Shown: positions 39,199-50,920 of the stretch, one piece after another | How the letters are laid out: each line of letters begins with the position of its first letter | Numbering within the stretch: position 1 is the first letter of the stretch | Origin: Lama glama | Lineage: Eukaryota | Reading direction: 5' to 3' | Assembly (NCBI GenBank): GCA_028534125.1 | Contig: CM052817.1 | Span: 70,186,001-70,250,000 of the forward strand | Length of the DNA stretch: 64,000 nucleotides | Notes under the pieces: model-generated | What the model saw: only the letters and a program-made list of their open reading frames with translations | What the model was told of the DNA's origin: nothing | Databases searched by the model: none | Position numbers and translations under genes: made by a program

Positions 39199-39641
39199 TG
39201 TGGGAGGTGCTGTGTTGTTGTACCACCCAGAGCTCCTTCAGGACGAGAGGACTTATTTACCCAGCTTTTGGCTGCTGACAGACAGCATTTTGCCCTCAGC
39301 TCTCTTTAGAACTCTTGGAGGAAGGGGTTTCCCTTGCCCAGGGGCCTACCCCTTTCCATCTGCTGCTGGCTTCCAGCAACTGGAAGATGCCGAACTATAA
39401 AGGTCAGGCTCCCATGCCCTGACTCTGGACAATTCTGAAGGGCTATTTCAGCTTCAGAACTCCCTGTGGAATAGGTTGAGTCCTTCAATTGGGACTGCAT
39501 CACAGCCCCACTTCTCTCTTTAGTCCTGCCCAACTCATTACCTCCCTTCTAGAGACCCAAACCCAAGAGTACTCCCTTATCAACCTCTCATGTGTTAGTT
39601 TTTGTCTCAGCGTTTCCTTTCTGGGGGACCTGGTCTCCTCA
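39199..39641 (+). mobile_element. ERVL-class LTR (LTR16-like), 5' LTR of the provirus
   Basis: Starts TG(tgggaggtgctgtg). Contains a TATA-like tataaagg, ggacaattctgaagggc, gactgcatcacagccc and cccaagagtactccct, as in LTR16 consensus sequences recalled from memory. Confidence 0.8.
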
Positions 39642-42600
39642 CCAGCTGTCAGTGAGGACCCCATCAGCGCTGGTGGGTTGAGCATAGACAACACCCGGCC
39701 CGAGGAGGCAGAGCACTGTTAAAGCTCTCCCTGATGGGAGACTGGGATGGGAAACTGGTGGAAGAAAATGCAACAGCTAGTGAGATGTGTCAGGTGTTAA
39801 TAAATATGGGAGAAATAACACACGACCAGCAGAATTGGGTAGCTACTGCTAAGCTCAACTGGGACTTTGGGAAAAGCCAATAAAAGGCTGAGAATGATTA
39901 TTTGACAGCTAAATGCTGAGAGTGGAAGTCAGAGGGCTTCCTTGGTTGCTGATGAAGTACTCTAGTCTTCTGAAGCCAGAGGCTACAGAAAGCTAAGGAC
40001 CAAGAGTAGGACTTAATCATAAAATTCACAGAGCTCCGAAGAAAGATTAATTCTCAACTGAGGCAGGTAGGCTAGGAAAGAGTGGTCCCTGGCACATGGA
40101 ATGGAGACCTCTGGGTTGTTGAACCCCCAAATCTTGGATCTCAGTTTCCTCTGAACTCTGTGAACCAATAGAAGTAGTGTTCTCTTCACCCTTTAAGGTG
40201 AGCACTGCTTCCCTGATTGACGATACTTCAGAGGCCGTTCTCCTGCAGTGCTGAAGTGAACGCTGATACCCAGAGCCCTGCCTGAAGCATCATCGTGAAG
40301 GCAAATGGAGGCCAAGTGATAAACAGAATCCTGGCCCAGCTTTGGCTTATCATGGGTCCACTGGGTCATTACCCTGACCCCAAATGTCTAACGGGAGAAG
40401 ATATACTTTGAATTTGGCCCAGTCCCCGTATTGGTTCCTTTGCCTTTGGAATATGATCTATCATAGTGGGAAGGCCTAGTGGAAGCTCTGAACCATGCAA
40501 CCACCCCCTACTCCCAGCCAAAATAATACATTAAAACAAAAATCACATCCCAACCAGTATTTAGTAATTAAAGACTAAAGGATGCTGAGTTGGTGGGCCC
40601 CATTATCTCTTTATTATTTCATCAGTCTGGCCCCTGAAAAACCCAGCCGGATGTTGGAGGATAACAGGGGACCACTGCAGGCTTGACTGTGAAGTAGCCA
40701 CAGTCACAGCTGTGCCCGGTGTTGTATCTTGGCTCCAGCAGATTAACAAGGCCTCAGTGCATGATATGTGGCCACTGATCGAGCCCATATGTTTTTTCCA
40801 TCTCTCTAAGGAAAGTTGATCAAAAACAGTTCAGATCCACTTCGAATGGACCACAGTTTACATCAACAATCTTGGCCTAGGGCTGTATTAACTCCTGTTC
40901 TCTACTGTAATATAGTCCAAAGAGTCTTAAATGGCTGGACATTCTGCAGAACATCCCACTGGACCACTAGAATGATGACATCATGATAATCAGATAAAGG
41001 AGCCAGAAGTGGCTGGTCTTTTGGTGAGACACATGCCCACCAGAGGGTGAGAGATATACCTTACAAAGATTCAGAGGCATCCACATTAGTGATGTGTCTG
41101 AGAATCCAGTGGTCTGGACAGACCTCCTCCAAAATAAAGGAAAATTTATTGTATCTTGTGTCTCCCAGGACAAAGAAGAAAGCTTAGCACCTCACAAGCC
41201 TCTTTGGGTTCTGGAGGTAGCATATTCCATACCTGCGAACACTGCTCTGATCCAGATACCAATGACACCAAAGGCTACTGGCTCTGAGTAGAAAGTCAGA
41301 GAGTTCTGGAGAGGTTCCAGGCTGCGGTGCACGCAGCCCTGTCACTGAGGCCCCACAGCCCAGCAGACGCTGTGGTTTTAGAGATGTCAGAGTGAGAAAG
41401 GACACCACATGGATTTATTTCAGGCCCCAGGGGAAGAATCACAACATTGGCCCTGGGAATCTGGAGCAGGAGTGGAGAATGCCATCTGCAGTGGAGAATT
41501 ATACATCTTTTAAAAACAGTTCCCAGCCTTGTGCCCTGGTAGAGATGGACTGCTTGACTGCAGGACACTGAGTGACCAGGCCACCAGCACAGCTAATCTG
41601 AGCTGGGTCCTGTCAGCCACCAAGTCATACAGTCCGATGGGCCCAGCACACATCATCATATGATGCACGTGACACATCCAGGATCAAGCCTGAGTAAGAC
41701 TGGAGAGAATGGGCAAGCTGCACAGGTGGGCCGGGCCCCAGGTCGTCTACCGCTGTTCTGCTCCCTCAGCTCACATGTATGGCCCACAAGGGGGACCCTT
41801 TGTGACCAACTGACCAAGGAAGAAAAAGCCCTCTTTGGCTCATGGATGTGTCAGCCTTTTCTGTGTGTGCGAATGGAAAAGGGACAGCAGCTGCACTACC
41901 CCCCACTCAGGGATAGCAGACTGTTCCCCCAGTGGCAGAGATTAGGGAGGTGCCCCTGGGTCACCCACGTTGGGTGGAAGGAGAGTGGCCTGAGGTTAGA
42001 ATATACAGGCTCAGAGACAGTGGCCAATAGCTTAGCCAGCCGGTTAGGAACCTAGAAGGGGAAGGATAAGATAGGAGACAAGGCTTAGAGACACGCAGAT
42101 CCACAAGAGAATGAGCTCGCAGTAGGACGACTTTCACATTGCATGTTGAATGCCTACCGACCACGGAAGAGGAACTAAGCAACCAAGTAGGCAGAACTGG
42201 ACCAATTGATGGCAGCCAGCGTCTGTCATCACCCTGGTACTGGCACAGTGAGTATACGAACATGGTAGCCAGGGAGGCAGGGATGGAGGCTAAGACTGGA
42301 AAGGAGGAGTAGGCAAGAATAAGTCTCTGTGGATTAATAGATGCACATTACTGTATATAAAATAGATAAAGAACAAGCACTTAATGTAAGTACAGGGAAC
42401 TATATTCAGTTTTTTGTAATGAGCTGTAATGGCAGAGAATCTGAAAAGAAAAAATATATGTAGATGTATAACTGAATCACTTTGCTGTACACCTAAAACT
42501 AACATTGTAAATCGACTACACTTCAATATAAAAATGGGAATTAAAAAAATTAAGTAAATACATTTTAAAAAAAAGAATAAGGTTCTGACCAAGAAGGCAG

Positions 42601-43310
42601 CCTTAGAGAGATGTTAGGGAGAAATGAAATGTCTATTGAACTAAAGTGAAATTTATGAAGTGTTTTGCTGTGGACCTGGGTTAGGGTTAGGGATCCCAAC
42701 AGTCTCACCAACCAAAGGCAATACAGCTTCTGTTGCTGAATGTCCACGCTATCTGTAACAGTCCAATTCTGAGCCCCGGATACCAGCGCCAGCTACTTCT
42801 AGCAAGTTTGCTCCTTCTACCCTGGTAGCGTTCATCTTGACTGGAAGAGACTTGTGTTTGGAATATGGATTTGCCCTCAGGACCTCAGCCTGTAGCCTAT
42901 CCTGAAAGCTTACAATGTGTTTGATCCACCTCTACAGGATCCCAGATAGCATCACATCAGACCCCCAGCAATGCACTTTACAGACCCATGGGATCCACAG
43001 TCATATGACATATTGCATCACCCAGAAGTCGCCAGCCTGGCAGAGGGCTGGAATGAGTTGAACTCATAGCTAACGCATCAGCTTGGAGGTGCTTGCGAGG
43101 ATGGGGGCCATACTTGAGAATGCAGCGCTCAACTTTAAATCAAAAAACTTAAATGATGAGTGTCTCCATAGGTAGAACACACGAATCTAGGAACCAGTGG
43201 ATGGGAGTAGGAGTGGTCCTGCTTACCAGCACTCCCAGTTACACACTGGGCCTTCTGTGCTTCCTTTTGTGCTTCTCAACCCTGGGCTGTTCAGGTAGAG
43301 ACCCTGGTTC
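39642..43310 (+). mobile_element. Decayed ERVL-class internal region (gag-pro-pol; ERV3-16A3/HERV16-like). No env and no recognisable 3' LTR.
   Basis: Hand translation. Protease-like NGGQVINRILAQLWLIMGPLG (~40304). RT WPLKNPAGCWRITGDH (40628) versus ERVL WPVQKTDGSWRMTVDY. YIDD box decayed to *NDD (40968-40979). Integrase FILTGRD..EYGFA (42831) and HHPEVASLAEGWN (43016) versus HHPEAAGLIERWN. Many stops and frameshifts. Confidence 0.88.
42324..42572 (+). mobile_element. 5'-truncated artiodactyl-type L1 3' end nested in the ERV
   Basis: gtataactgaatcactttgctgtacacctaaaactaaca plus an A-rich tail. TSD AAGAATAAG (42315-42323 / 42573-42581). Confidence 0.92.
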
Positions 43311-43329
43311 CCTAACATGGTCCTTCTGG

Positions 43330-43650
43330 CCAGAGGACACAGTGCCCTGTTGTGTAGCCAATTCCACGCTCAGTGAGACTTCCCTTAGCATCCTTATAAA
43401 AACAGCCGTAACTTGTACACTTGAATCAATCTCTAACTTCCTTCTTTCTTTACTCTGCCTGGTGCTTATCTCCATCTGAATTCTATTGCTTATTTATTTG
43501 TTTACTTGGATATTGTCTTTCTCCTCCACCAGAATGTAAATTCCAGGAGAGCAGAGACATCTTACTTGTTCTCAGCTGAGTCACCAGTGCCTAGAACAGC
43601 GCTGGCCACATTGAAGGCACTCAAGAAATATTTGCCAAATGAATGAATGG
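43330..43650 (+). mobile_element. L2 3' end
   Basis: ccagaatgtaaattccaggagagcagagac...ccagtgcctagaacag...aaatatttgccaaatgaatgaatgg. Confidence 0.85.
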
Positions 43651-44669
43651 CTCTACAGTGTAATTTTTTGTGGGTGGGTAGTATTCAGTTGTTAAGTATT
43701 CATCATCGTTTATTTAACCAGTCACTCGTTGCTGGGCAGTTCATTTTCCTCACATTCTTTTTCTGATGAAATAATGGCAGGCAAAATCTTCCTGTATATC
43801 ATCTATTCTTTCCATACGATGAGGTCCAAGCAGTACAGTTTGCTGGCACATAGGTATGACTTATAGTTTTCAAGGCTTCTGATACGTGATACCTCAAGGA
43901 TTTGTTTTAAAAGTCTTATTATGTATGCAATTCAGATGCAGCTCTCCTCTTGTCCAACAGGCTTTCTTGAGTTCACATAAAACCATATCCTGACCTGGCA
44001 CCCTTTGGCGTTTTATGTAAGAAAGCCAACCATACTCAGAATGTTAAAAAGTATTTTTCATTGCCTTTGCTGAAGACTTCGCAGGGGTTCTAACCCTAAT
44101 TCTAACTCAACCCCACAGCAAAACTTGGTAAATCCCAAGCAGACGTCTCAGTTCTCCACTTCATCTCTCTCGGGCTGCTCTCTCGGCTGGGGGACCGTTT
44201 TTGTGTCAGTCCTCTGTTCATAGAGTCAAATCCTTTCCTTCTCCTTCCTCCTTCATGCATTTTCAGCCCCAAAACTTAAATTCCTCCTCCACTTTATCAT
44301 ATAGAGAACCACCCACTTTCTTATGAAACTGGGGCCCCGTGTAGAGATACAGGAGCTTGCTTTTAGCTTGTAATGCCTTCTCTAAGTCCCAACAAGTCTG
44401 TGTTGCTTCCTACAGAGAAGTTCTCAGACTCTAATGCATTAAAAAACAAAACAAAACAAAAAAACACTCCTTGGGTTTTTTTTCCCCTTACTTTACTCCC
44501 TTAGAGTACAGAAGCCTGAATTCTAACGTTCTCTCTCTCTTTGTATTGTGTACTCGGAGTTATGCGTTACCTATTTGATGATGTGTTGCTACACTTGGCT
44601 TTCTTCCAAAAGTTTCTTCTTCCTCCCCTCCTCCCATGGTACATTTATCTCCCTGCTTTTTGTCTCAGG

Positions 44670-44870
44670 TTCTAAGCTTCCGAGGCTGAAAGATCCGGAT
44701 TGATGGCCCATTTCCATCTCTTACTGTGTGAATTTAAATATGAAACTTTATTCTGGGTCATTGTTTCCTCATCTGTAAAATACCTCTTGCTGTTAAGAAG
44801 AGTAAATGAAATAGGACGTAAGTTAGCACAGTGGCCTGAGGAAATACTCAACAAATGTTAACTTACTAAT
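44670..44870 (+). mobile_element. MIR SINE
   Basis: tgtttcctcatctgtaaaat...ttagcacagtggcctg...actcaacaaatgtta. Confidence 0.8.
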
Positions 44871-45384
44871 CCACCCTTCCATTTGGCATGTCTGCTCTTT
44901 ATATAGCTTCTTGGGCATTCAGGATCTTGTTTCCCTCTATCCTTTCTATTCCTTGGTTTCCCTAGTTTCTTCCTCCTTAACCTTCCCCTGCAGGAACCTC
45001 ACTGAAGGTCACATCTTCTGAAGCCTGCCCACCCTGTCTTCACTTCTCAACAGCTGCTTTCTTTCTCCTCTCTTTTCACTACATTCTCCTGTCTGTCCAT
45101 CTTCAGGTTTAGGGGGTATTTCTCTTTGCCTTTCCCCTATCGCAGCCTGAACTGTATCTCTGTTATTTTTCTCTGTTGTTTATTTTAAAATTGCTACACA
45201 CCAGCTCTTTCTCCTCTTTCACTCTCCAATGACCTCCTTCCATGCTTTTGGCACTTTGGCTGTTTCTTTCCTTCTTTTTCCTTGTGCTTCACATCTGGCT
45301 CAGTGATGCTCGTCTCTTATGCCTACATACTCTATCTTTGCAGGGATTTCATCTCATTCTCTTTATAGTGAGCAGTGGCATTAA

Positions 45385-45720
45385 TTCACTTGTTCATTCA
45401 TTCAGTGAATATTCTTGAGCACCTGCTATTGTTAAGGTGCTAGGTTGGGTCTTTGGAAGACAGAAATTAGAGACACAGTTCCTGCTCTTCGAGAGCTCAA
45501 AGTCTCATGGGGAAAGATGTCTAAACTAATCCTATTTGGGTGATAAGTCTATGGAAAGGGCAATGCAGGGTGAACTGAGAGGGGCAATTAGTGGAAATTA
45601 AGGTGAAAGGAGGAGGTATAAAGGAAAGCATTCCACAGCTATTGACATCAGAGTTGTTTTGAAGCACGAATAGGAATAAGTCAGAAGAAGTGGGGTGTGA
45701 ACACATTAGAGGGAGTGCAG
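45385..45720 (-). mobile_element. L2 3' end
   Basis: ttgttcattcattcagtgaatattcttgagcacctgcta...cagttcctgctcttcgagagctca. Confidence 0.8.
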
Positions 45721-46599
45721 ATTCTAGGTAAGGGGCCAGTATTTACCTTTGCATTGAGTCAGATCCTTCACTGCTGAGTCACTTGACTACTCAGTGCAAG
45801 CAGGTGATTCTTAGAACATAGCTACAGGATGACTTTTTTTTTTTCTACTGCGTTCCTCATCAACTATAGCCTTTCTTGGCCAATGAATAAAAAGAGCTTC
45901 TGATGTGGTGATCACATGTTCTTTTTTGACAGAGCCCTATTTCATATTTCTCTCTCCCTTCCTCCACACCAAATCTAAATGAGTATATAAATTTTTAACC
46001 TACTATTTCATTTAAAAAGACAGTAAAAAATGTTGTTTGCATTGGTCTGCTAACTAGAATTATAACATGGCTCTGGTGTCTTTTCCTCTGCTGTGCTTGC
46101 TAAACTTTGCATAAACGTCCTCACTTTTATAGTTTTCATTAATGCAAATAAAAATGCCCCATGAACTTATTCAAATGAACTGATAAACAGGCTCCCGTCT
46201 TATGGTCTCATAATGAAAGTTTCATAAGTTTCTTAATGAAACTGCCTTCAAAGGGGTCTTATCTGCAGGGGAACCAAATGTTGTTACTCTTGCCATGCCC
46301 TCCTTCCTCCTCTTGCTGCTGCTTCTGCCCTCTCATAGCCCAGCAGAAGGTAAATAACAAGATGAGTGAGAGCACGTGGCTCTGAGGTGGGCGGGAATGG
46401 GAAAGAGACATGGCCGCCGTGGTGAGCTTGGCCTTGATACAGACCCAGCAGAAGGCAACCCGAGGACTCCAGTGACAAAGGCAAAGCATGGTATTGAAGG
46501 TGTATGATGTTTAGAGGACAGTGATAGGTGATGGTAAGCCATCCAGGCAGGTGGGAAATCTGGCTGGAATTTGTGTCTTTGCACTGAAATTATACATTA

Positions 46600-47800
46600 A
46601 CTGAGGAAGAAATGAACTATCTTTAATATTAAGTTGGCAACCAGGCATGTAGTTTTTGTTTCCATTTATTCAGTCTTCTTATATCTTTTAATAGAATTTT
46701 AATATTTTCCCATAACAATGTCTTGTACATTCATTGTTAGGTGGACCCAACCCCCAGATACATTACAGTTGGGCTGCTATTGTGAATGATACTTTATTTT
46801 CTAGTTGGTTATTGCTGGGGTAGAAGAACATTATGAATTTGTGGAAGCTGATCTTGCATTAAGGCAAATTTGCTGAACTCTCACTAATTTTAATAGTTTG
46901 TTGATGGTGTTGGATTTTCTACATAGATGATCATGTTGTCAGCAATGAATGATTTAATATCTTTTATTCCAATGCTTGTGTGTCAGTTATCAATTGCTGC
47001 AAACAAATTATCCCGAAGCTTAGCAGTTACAGACAAGAGACATTTATTGTCACACAGTCTCTGAGGTCAGTAATCCAGGAATCTGACCTGGTTTCAGAAA
47101 TCACACAGCATTACTTCTTCTTGTTCTATTTGTTAGAAGCTGTTCAGTAAGTCCAGCTGAAGCTCAAGGGAAGAGAAATTAGGCTCCACTTTTAGAAGAT
47201 ACTGTCAGAATTTGTGGGCATATTTAAACCACCACATCTCAGAGTCTTTTTTTCTTCTTGTCTTCTTTTTAAAAATTTTTATTGGTGAGGACATCCAACA
47301 TCAGGTTAAGTAATGGCAGCGATCATGATAACTTTGGATCCAGACTTTAAAGGAACTGAAAGTTTCTAAGGTTTCTCCATCAAATGTAATGTTTACCTTA
47401 GTTTTTTGGTATAAAGTCTATCAGATTAAAGGAGTTCCCTTCTATTCTTGACTCCTGGGACTATTATTATTTTATCATAGCTAAGTGTTAAATTTCATGA
47501 AGTACCTTTGCCTTCATAGGTTTTCTTTTCTTAACTTATTTTGTTTGTTTGTTTTCTCTTTTAAGATAGGTTTTCTGATATTAAACCATTGTTGCATTCC
47601 TGGGATGAACTTCACTGGGTTTGTTTGTTAAAACATTATGAAATTCACTTAGGCAGTGATTAATATAATACTTCTTCCCATTTGTATTCATAGGTCAAAT
47701 AGGCCTGTGCTGAGAATCAGTGTTTTATTAGCTCCTAAAATGAGTTGGGCAATTTCCTCCTTTTCTGTATTCTTCAGCTTGGAGGTTTTGCAGCCTGCCT
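46600..47800 (-). mobile_element. Old L1M fragment interrupted by an MLT1-like MaLR LTR (~46980-47235)
   Basis: L1 ORF2-like antisense phrases (ttgctgaactctcactaatt; ggagttcccttctattc). MLT1-like tg...aacaaattatcccgaagcttagcagtta...catttattgtcacacag...aaccaccaca. Confidence 0.65.
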
Positions 47801-47940
47801 GTGTTGGAGGCTGGCCTTTTTCTTTCCATTTGCCCAGCTTTCTACTTTACTTGTTGTACTTGCTCCTCCCACCCCTGACTTAACTGCCTTGCTTCCAGTT
47901 CATGGTTTGTGCCTTCTTTCCTGGCTCAGTTTTGCTTACA

Positions 47941-48240
47941 CAGGCAGGGCTCAGATACTGCAGCTTCAGTTCCAGACCACCGCAATAAAGCAACTATCGC
48001 AATAAAGTGAGTCACAAGGATTTTTTAGTTTCCCAGTGCCTATAAAAGTTATGTTTAAACTATACTATAGTCTGTTAAGTGTGCAATAGCGTCATGTCTC
48101 AAAAAACAGCGTACAGACCTTAATTAAAAATACTTTATTGCTAATATTGCTGGCCATCATCTGACAACACAGGGTTGCCACAAACTTCAATTTGTAGGGA
48201 ATGCAATATGCGCGAAGTGCAGTAAAACAAGGTATGCTTG
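47941..48240 (-). mobile_element. Tigger1 internal-deletion derivative (Tigger1a_Art-like MITE)
   Basis: Left end caggca...gttccagaccaccgcaataaagc; right end ...gtaaaacaaggtatgcttg followed by TA. Both Tigger1 termini are joined within 300 bp. Confidence 0.88.
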
Positions 48241-49879
48241 TATATAGCAGGGGTCAAAATTTATACTATTTGGCTCAGATATACAATTAATGGTAACTGC
48301 TTTTATTTTGCATAACTGACTCAGACTTGCCCATGAACCCTTCATTGTCAATGACAGAAGTAAGGAAGGGTGATATGAAGGCATGTTGTATTAAAATTTC
48401 CAAAATGTAAAGAAGTATGTTAGTATCTTATCATTTAGCATAGTCTCATTTTGAAGAAATATTCTCCCTTTCCCTCTTAGGTTCCAAGATGACTTCCTGG
48501 AGTCAAGGGAAACTTACTTATATTTATGGTGATGAGGGGGAGGGAAGCTGGCTTATCTGCATGTGCGTTTACTTGACAGTGGACATAGCTAAAGAGGCAT
48601 CAAAGAACCAGAGAACAGCAGACACACCAGTCAGTTCCTCTAGTCCCTGGAGAGACACAGCAGATGCCTTCTTGGGGAAGTAGGCTTGGGAATTGAGGAA
48701 CTTTTGAAAGAAGACAAATTGCCCTGGTAGGAAGTTTGGACATTGAACTTTACTGAATATTTATCCAAAAGAAAAGAAACTAAGCTGAATGAAATGTTTT
48801 TTAATCTGAGAGACACTGAATTTACTTGAATTAGGAGGCTTATGTATTTGTTTTCCTTACTACCCAGTGACATGTGGCTTGAAAGCAAGATCAGCTATAG
48901 AAACATAAAGGATGCTCCAATTTTTCACATCTAAGTGTAGTGGGTAAAAATCTGACCCCACTATATTTGGACTAACAGATCTTGACTTCCTTATCTTGGA
49001 ACTTCATCCACTGTGACAGACTTGATATCACCCAGTCTCACCTCATCCTATCCTTTTCTGGTTCTGCCCCAGAGAAATAGGTATTGAATAGAGGCGGTGG
49101 ACCAGTTCTGCTGTACTGCTGGCTGGCTGTCTGGCAGCTCTGCCTCTTAATTTTCTAATCCATAAAATAGGAAGACTAAAATAAATGAACTTTAAAGTTT
49201 TTTCCAGCTTTGTGGATTTTCACAATCTTTTTTCTTTTCATAGCCTTGTCCACATCCCAGCACTTTCTTTTCCTTCTCACCAGGGTGTATGTAAACTGAG
49301 GGGACAGTCAGACTTTGCAAATCAATTTTTCATGTTATTTGTCCCCTTCATTGATTGCTCTCCCAGCTTGACTTAGGGACAGGTCATGCTGACTGCAGAG
49401 TGAGAGCCCTGGTTAGAGTTGGTTCGAGTCTGTAGCTGCTCCTCACAGCATATTGCTCCCCTCGCCTCTCTTTCCCACTTGCTTGTGAAAAATCCTATTG
49501 GCATTTCATACCCTTCAAGTTCTACATCATATAGCCTGCGTGACTCTAAATGCTGGCTTTAAAAATCAAAAGCACCAAAGCAGAGAGTCTGTTTGGATCA
49601 GGGAGGCAATAGTGGACTTTCCTGATAACTCTGTTTCCCCAACAAAACTTAAATCTGAACAAATGAATCTACGGAATCACTGGAGCTGGGTGAATTCTTT
49701 TTTTTTTTTTTTTCTCTCTCTCTTTTTTGGTGCTTGGTAGGGTTATTTCCCATCTTCCAAAGCCGGAGCCCTAATGAGCTCCAGGGGGACAGAAATCTGT
49801 CAATCAACGGGTACTTTTCAAGTATAGTCATCTCAGCCCCATCAGAGAACCACAAGGCATGAAATAATTAGAAAGCCCA

Positions 49880-50920
49880 AAGTAACTGCTCTGTTTTACA
49901 AGAGCAAAATCCGTATGTGGATCATTTACATAAAGCTGTCACTTCCCATTACGGTTCTAATGTACGCTGGGTAATAATCACAGGCGGGCTGGGGGGAGGG
50001 GAGGTCAAGGTAGGCTGGGCCTCCGTATTGGAAGCGCAAGGTACGCATGTGCTGCGCCTTCGGCCGCCCCCACCTTCACCGGCTTCTGAATTAATGTAAA
50101 GTATCTTTTCTCTTCCATTAAATAAAAACTATTCGTGCTGCTATGGCAGCAGACCCTGTGCTTAAGAGAAGGGAAAAAAGCTTTTGCATCAAGCTATTGT
50201 TAGGGGAGAATTCACTTTGAGGAGCATTTCAAAGCTGATCCGATTGGGGAAAGAATCATGTTAAATATCTGCTATGAAATATTTATAAGAAGAGCACAAG
50301 ACCAATCGACAAAGTTGCCTGGGAAAATAAGCATTCCTCCTCATTTGGAAATTTGGGATGTGGGGGCTTAAATGCTCTAGAGAGAATTTATATAAGTACA
50401 AATACATGTATGATGTTTGTTCACGAACGTGCGCGTGCACACTCGCACCCTCACACACATGGTTGAACGGGTTGATAGGATTTAGGTCAATCTGCATCTG
50501 AATGCGGTTTCCCAAGTACAGCAGCAATAAGAGGTCAGTGAAGACTGTCTGGATAATTGTGTTTGAAGAAGCACTGTACTGATGCCAGCAGAACAAGAAG
50601 CCCCGGATGGAGCCGGGCGGCCGCGATCTATAGCAGAAGCCATGTTTAGGTACCCTTCTCCTGTCCGCACCCAGCAAAAGGGGCTCTTGGAGGCAATGAA
50701 GTTCCCTGGACTCTGCCCTTCATTCCATCAGCATAATACTAACAGGACCCAAATGTATGCACTGAAAAATGAAAAGGAGGATGTGTCTGAAGCCAGAATT
50801 TATGCTTTTAGACTACGTATTTCCATCTATGTGGCTTGTGGATTTTTCAAAAATATTTAGTACCCAAACCCTACCCACCTGAACATACATTATGTAATAA
50901 ACATTATGTAATAAAAAGTG
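49880..50920. promoter_or_regulatory. Candidate conserved non-coding element / enhancer
   Basis: Repeat-free, with a local excess of intact CpGs (gcgcaaggtacgcatgtgctgcgccttcggccgcc; cacgaacgtgcgcgtgcac; gccgggcggccgcgat). Also has TAAT/CTGTCA homeodomain-type cores and a G-run. Confidence 0.5.

Noticed and set aside
41660..42055. 131-aa ORF as a domesticated retroviral gene
   Set aside because: It lies in the decayed ERVL pol and drifts between frames. The RT catalytic box carries a stop, and no intact domain remains.
42678..42692. Interstitial telomere or chromosome-fusion scar
   Set aside because: Only ~2.5 TTAGGG units. Better explained as the end of the ~150-bp segment that has an inverted homologue at 44.1 kb.
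50261..50860. ORFs of 138 and 92 aa in the CpG-rich block
   Set aside because: No recognisable domain and no convincing exon boundaries. GC-richer DNA yields longer chance ORFs.
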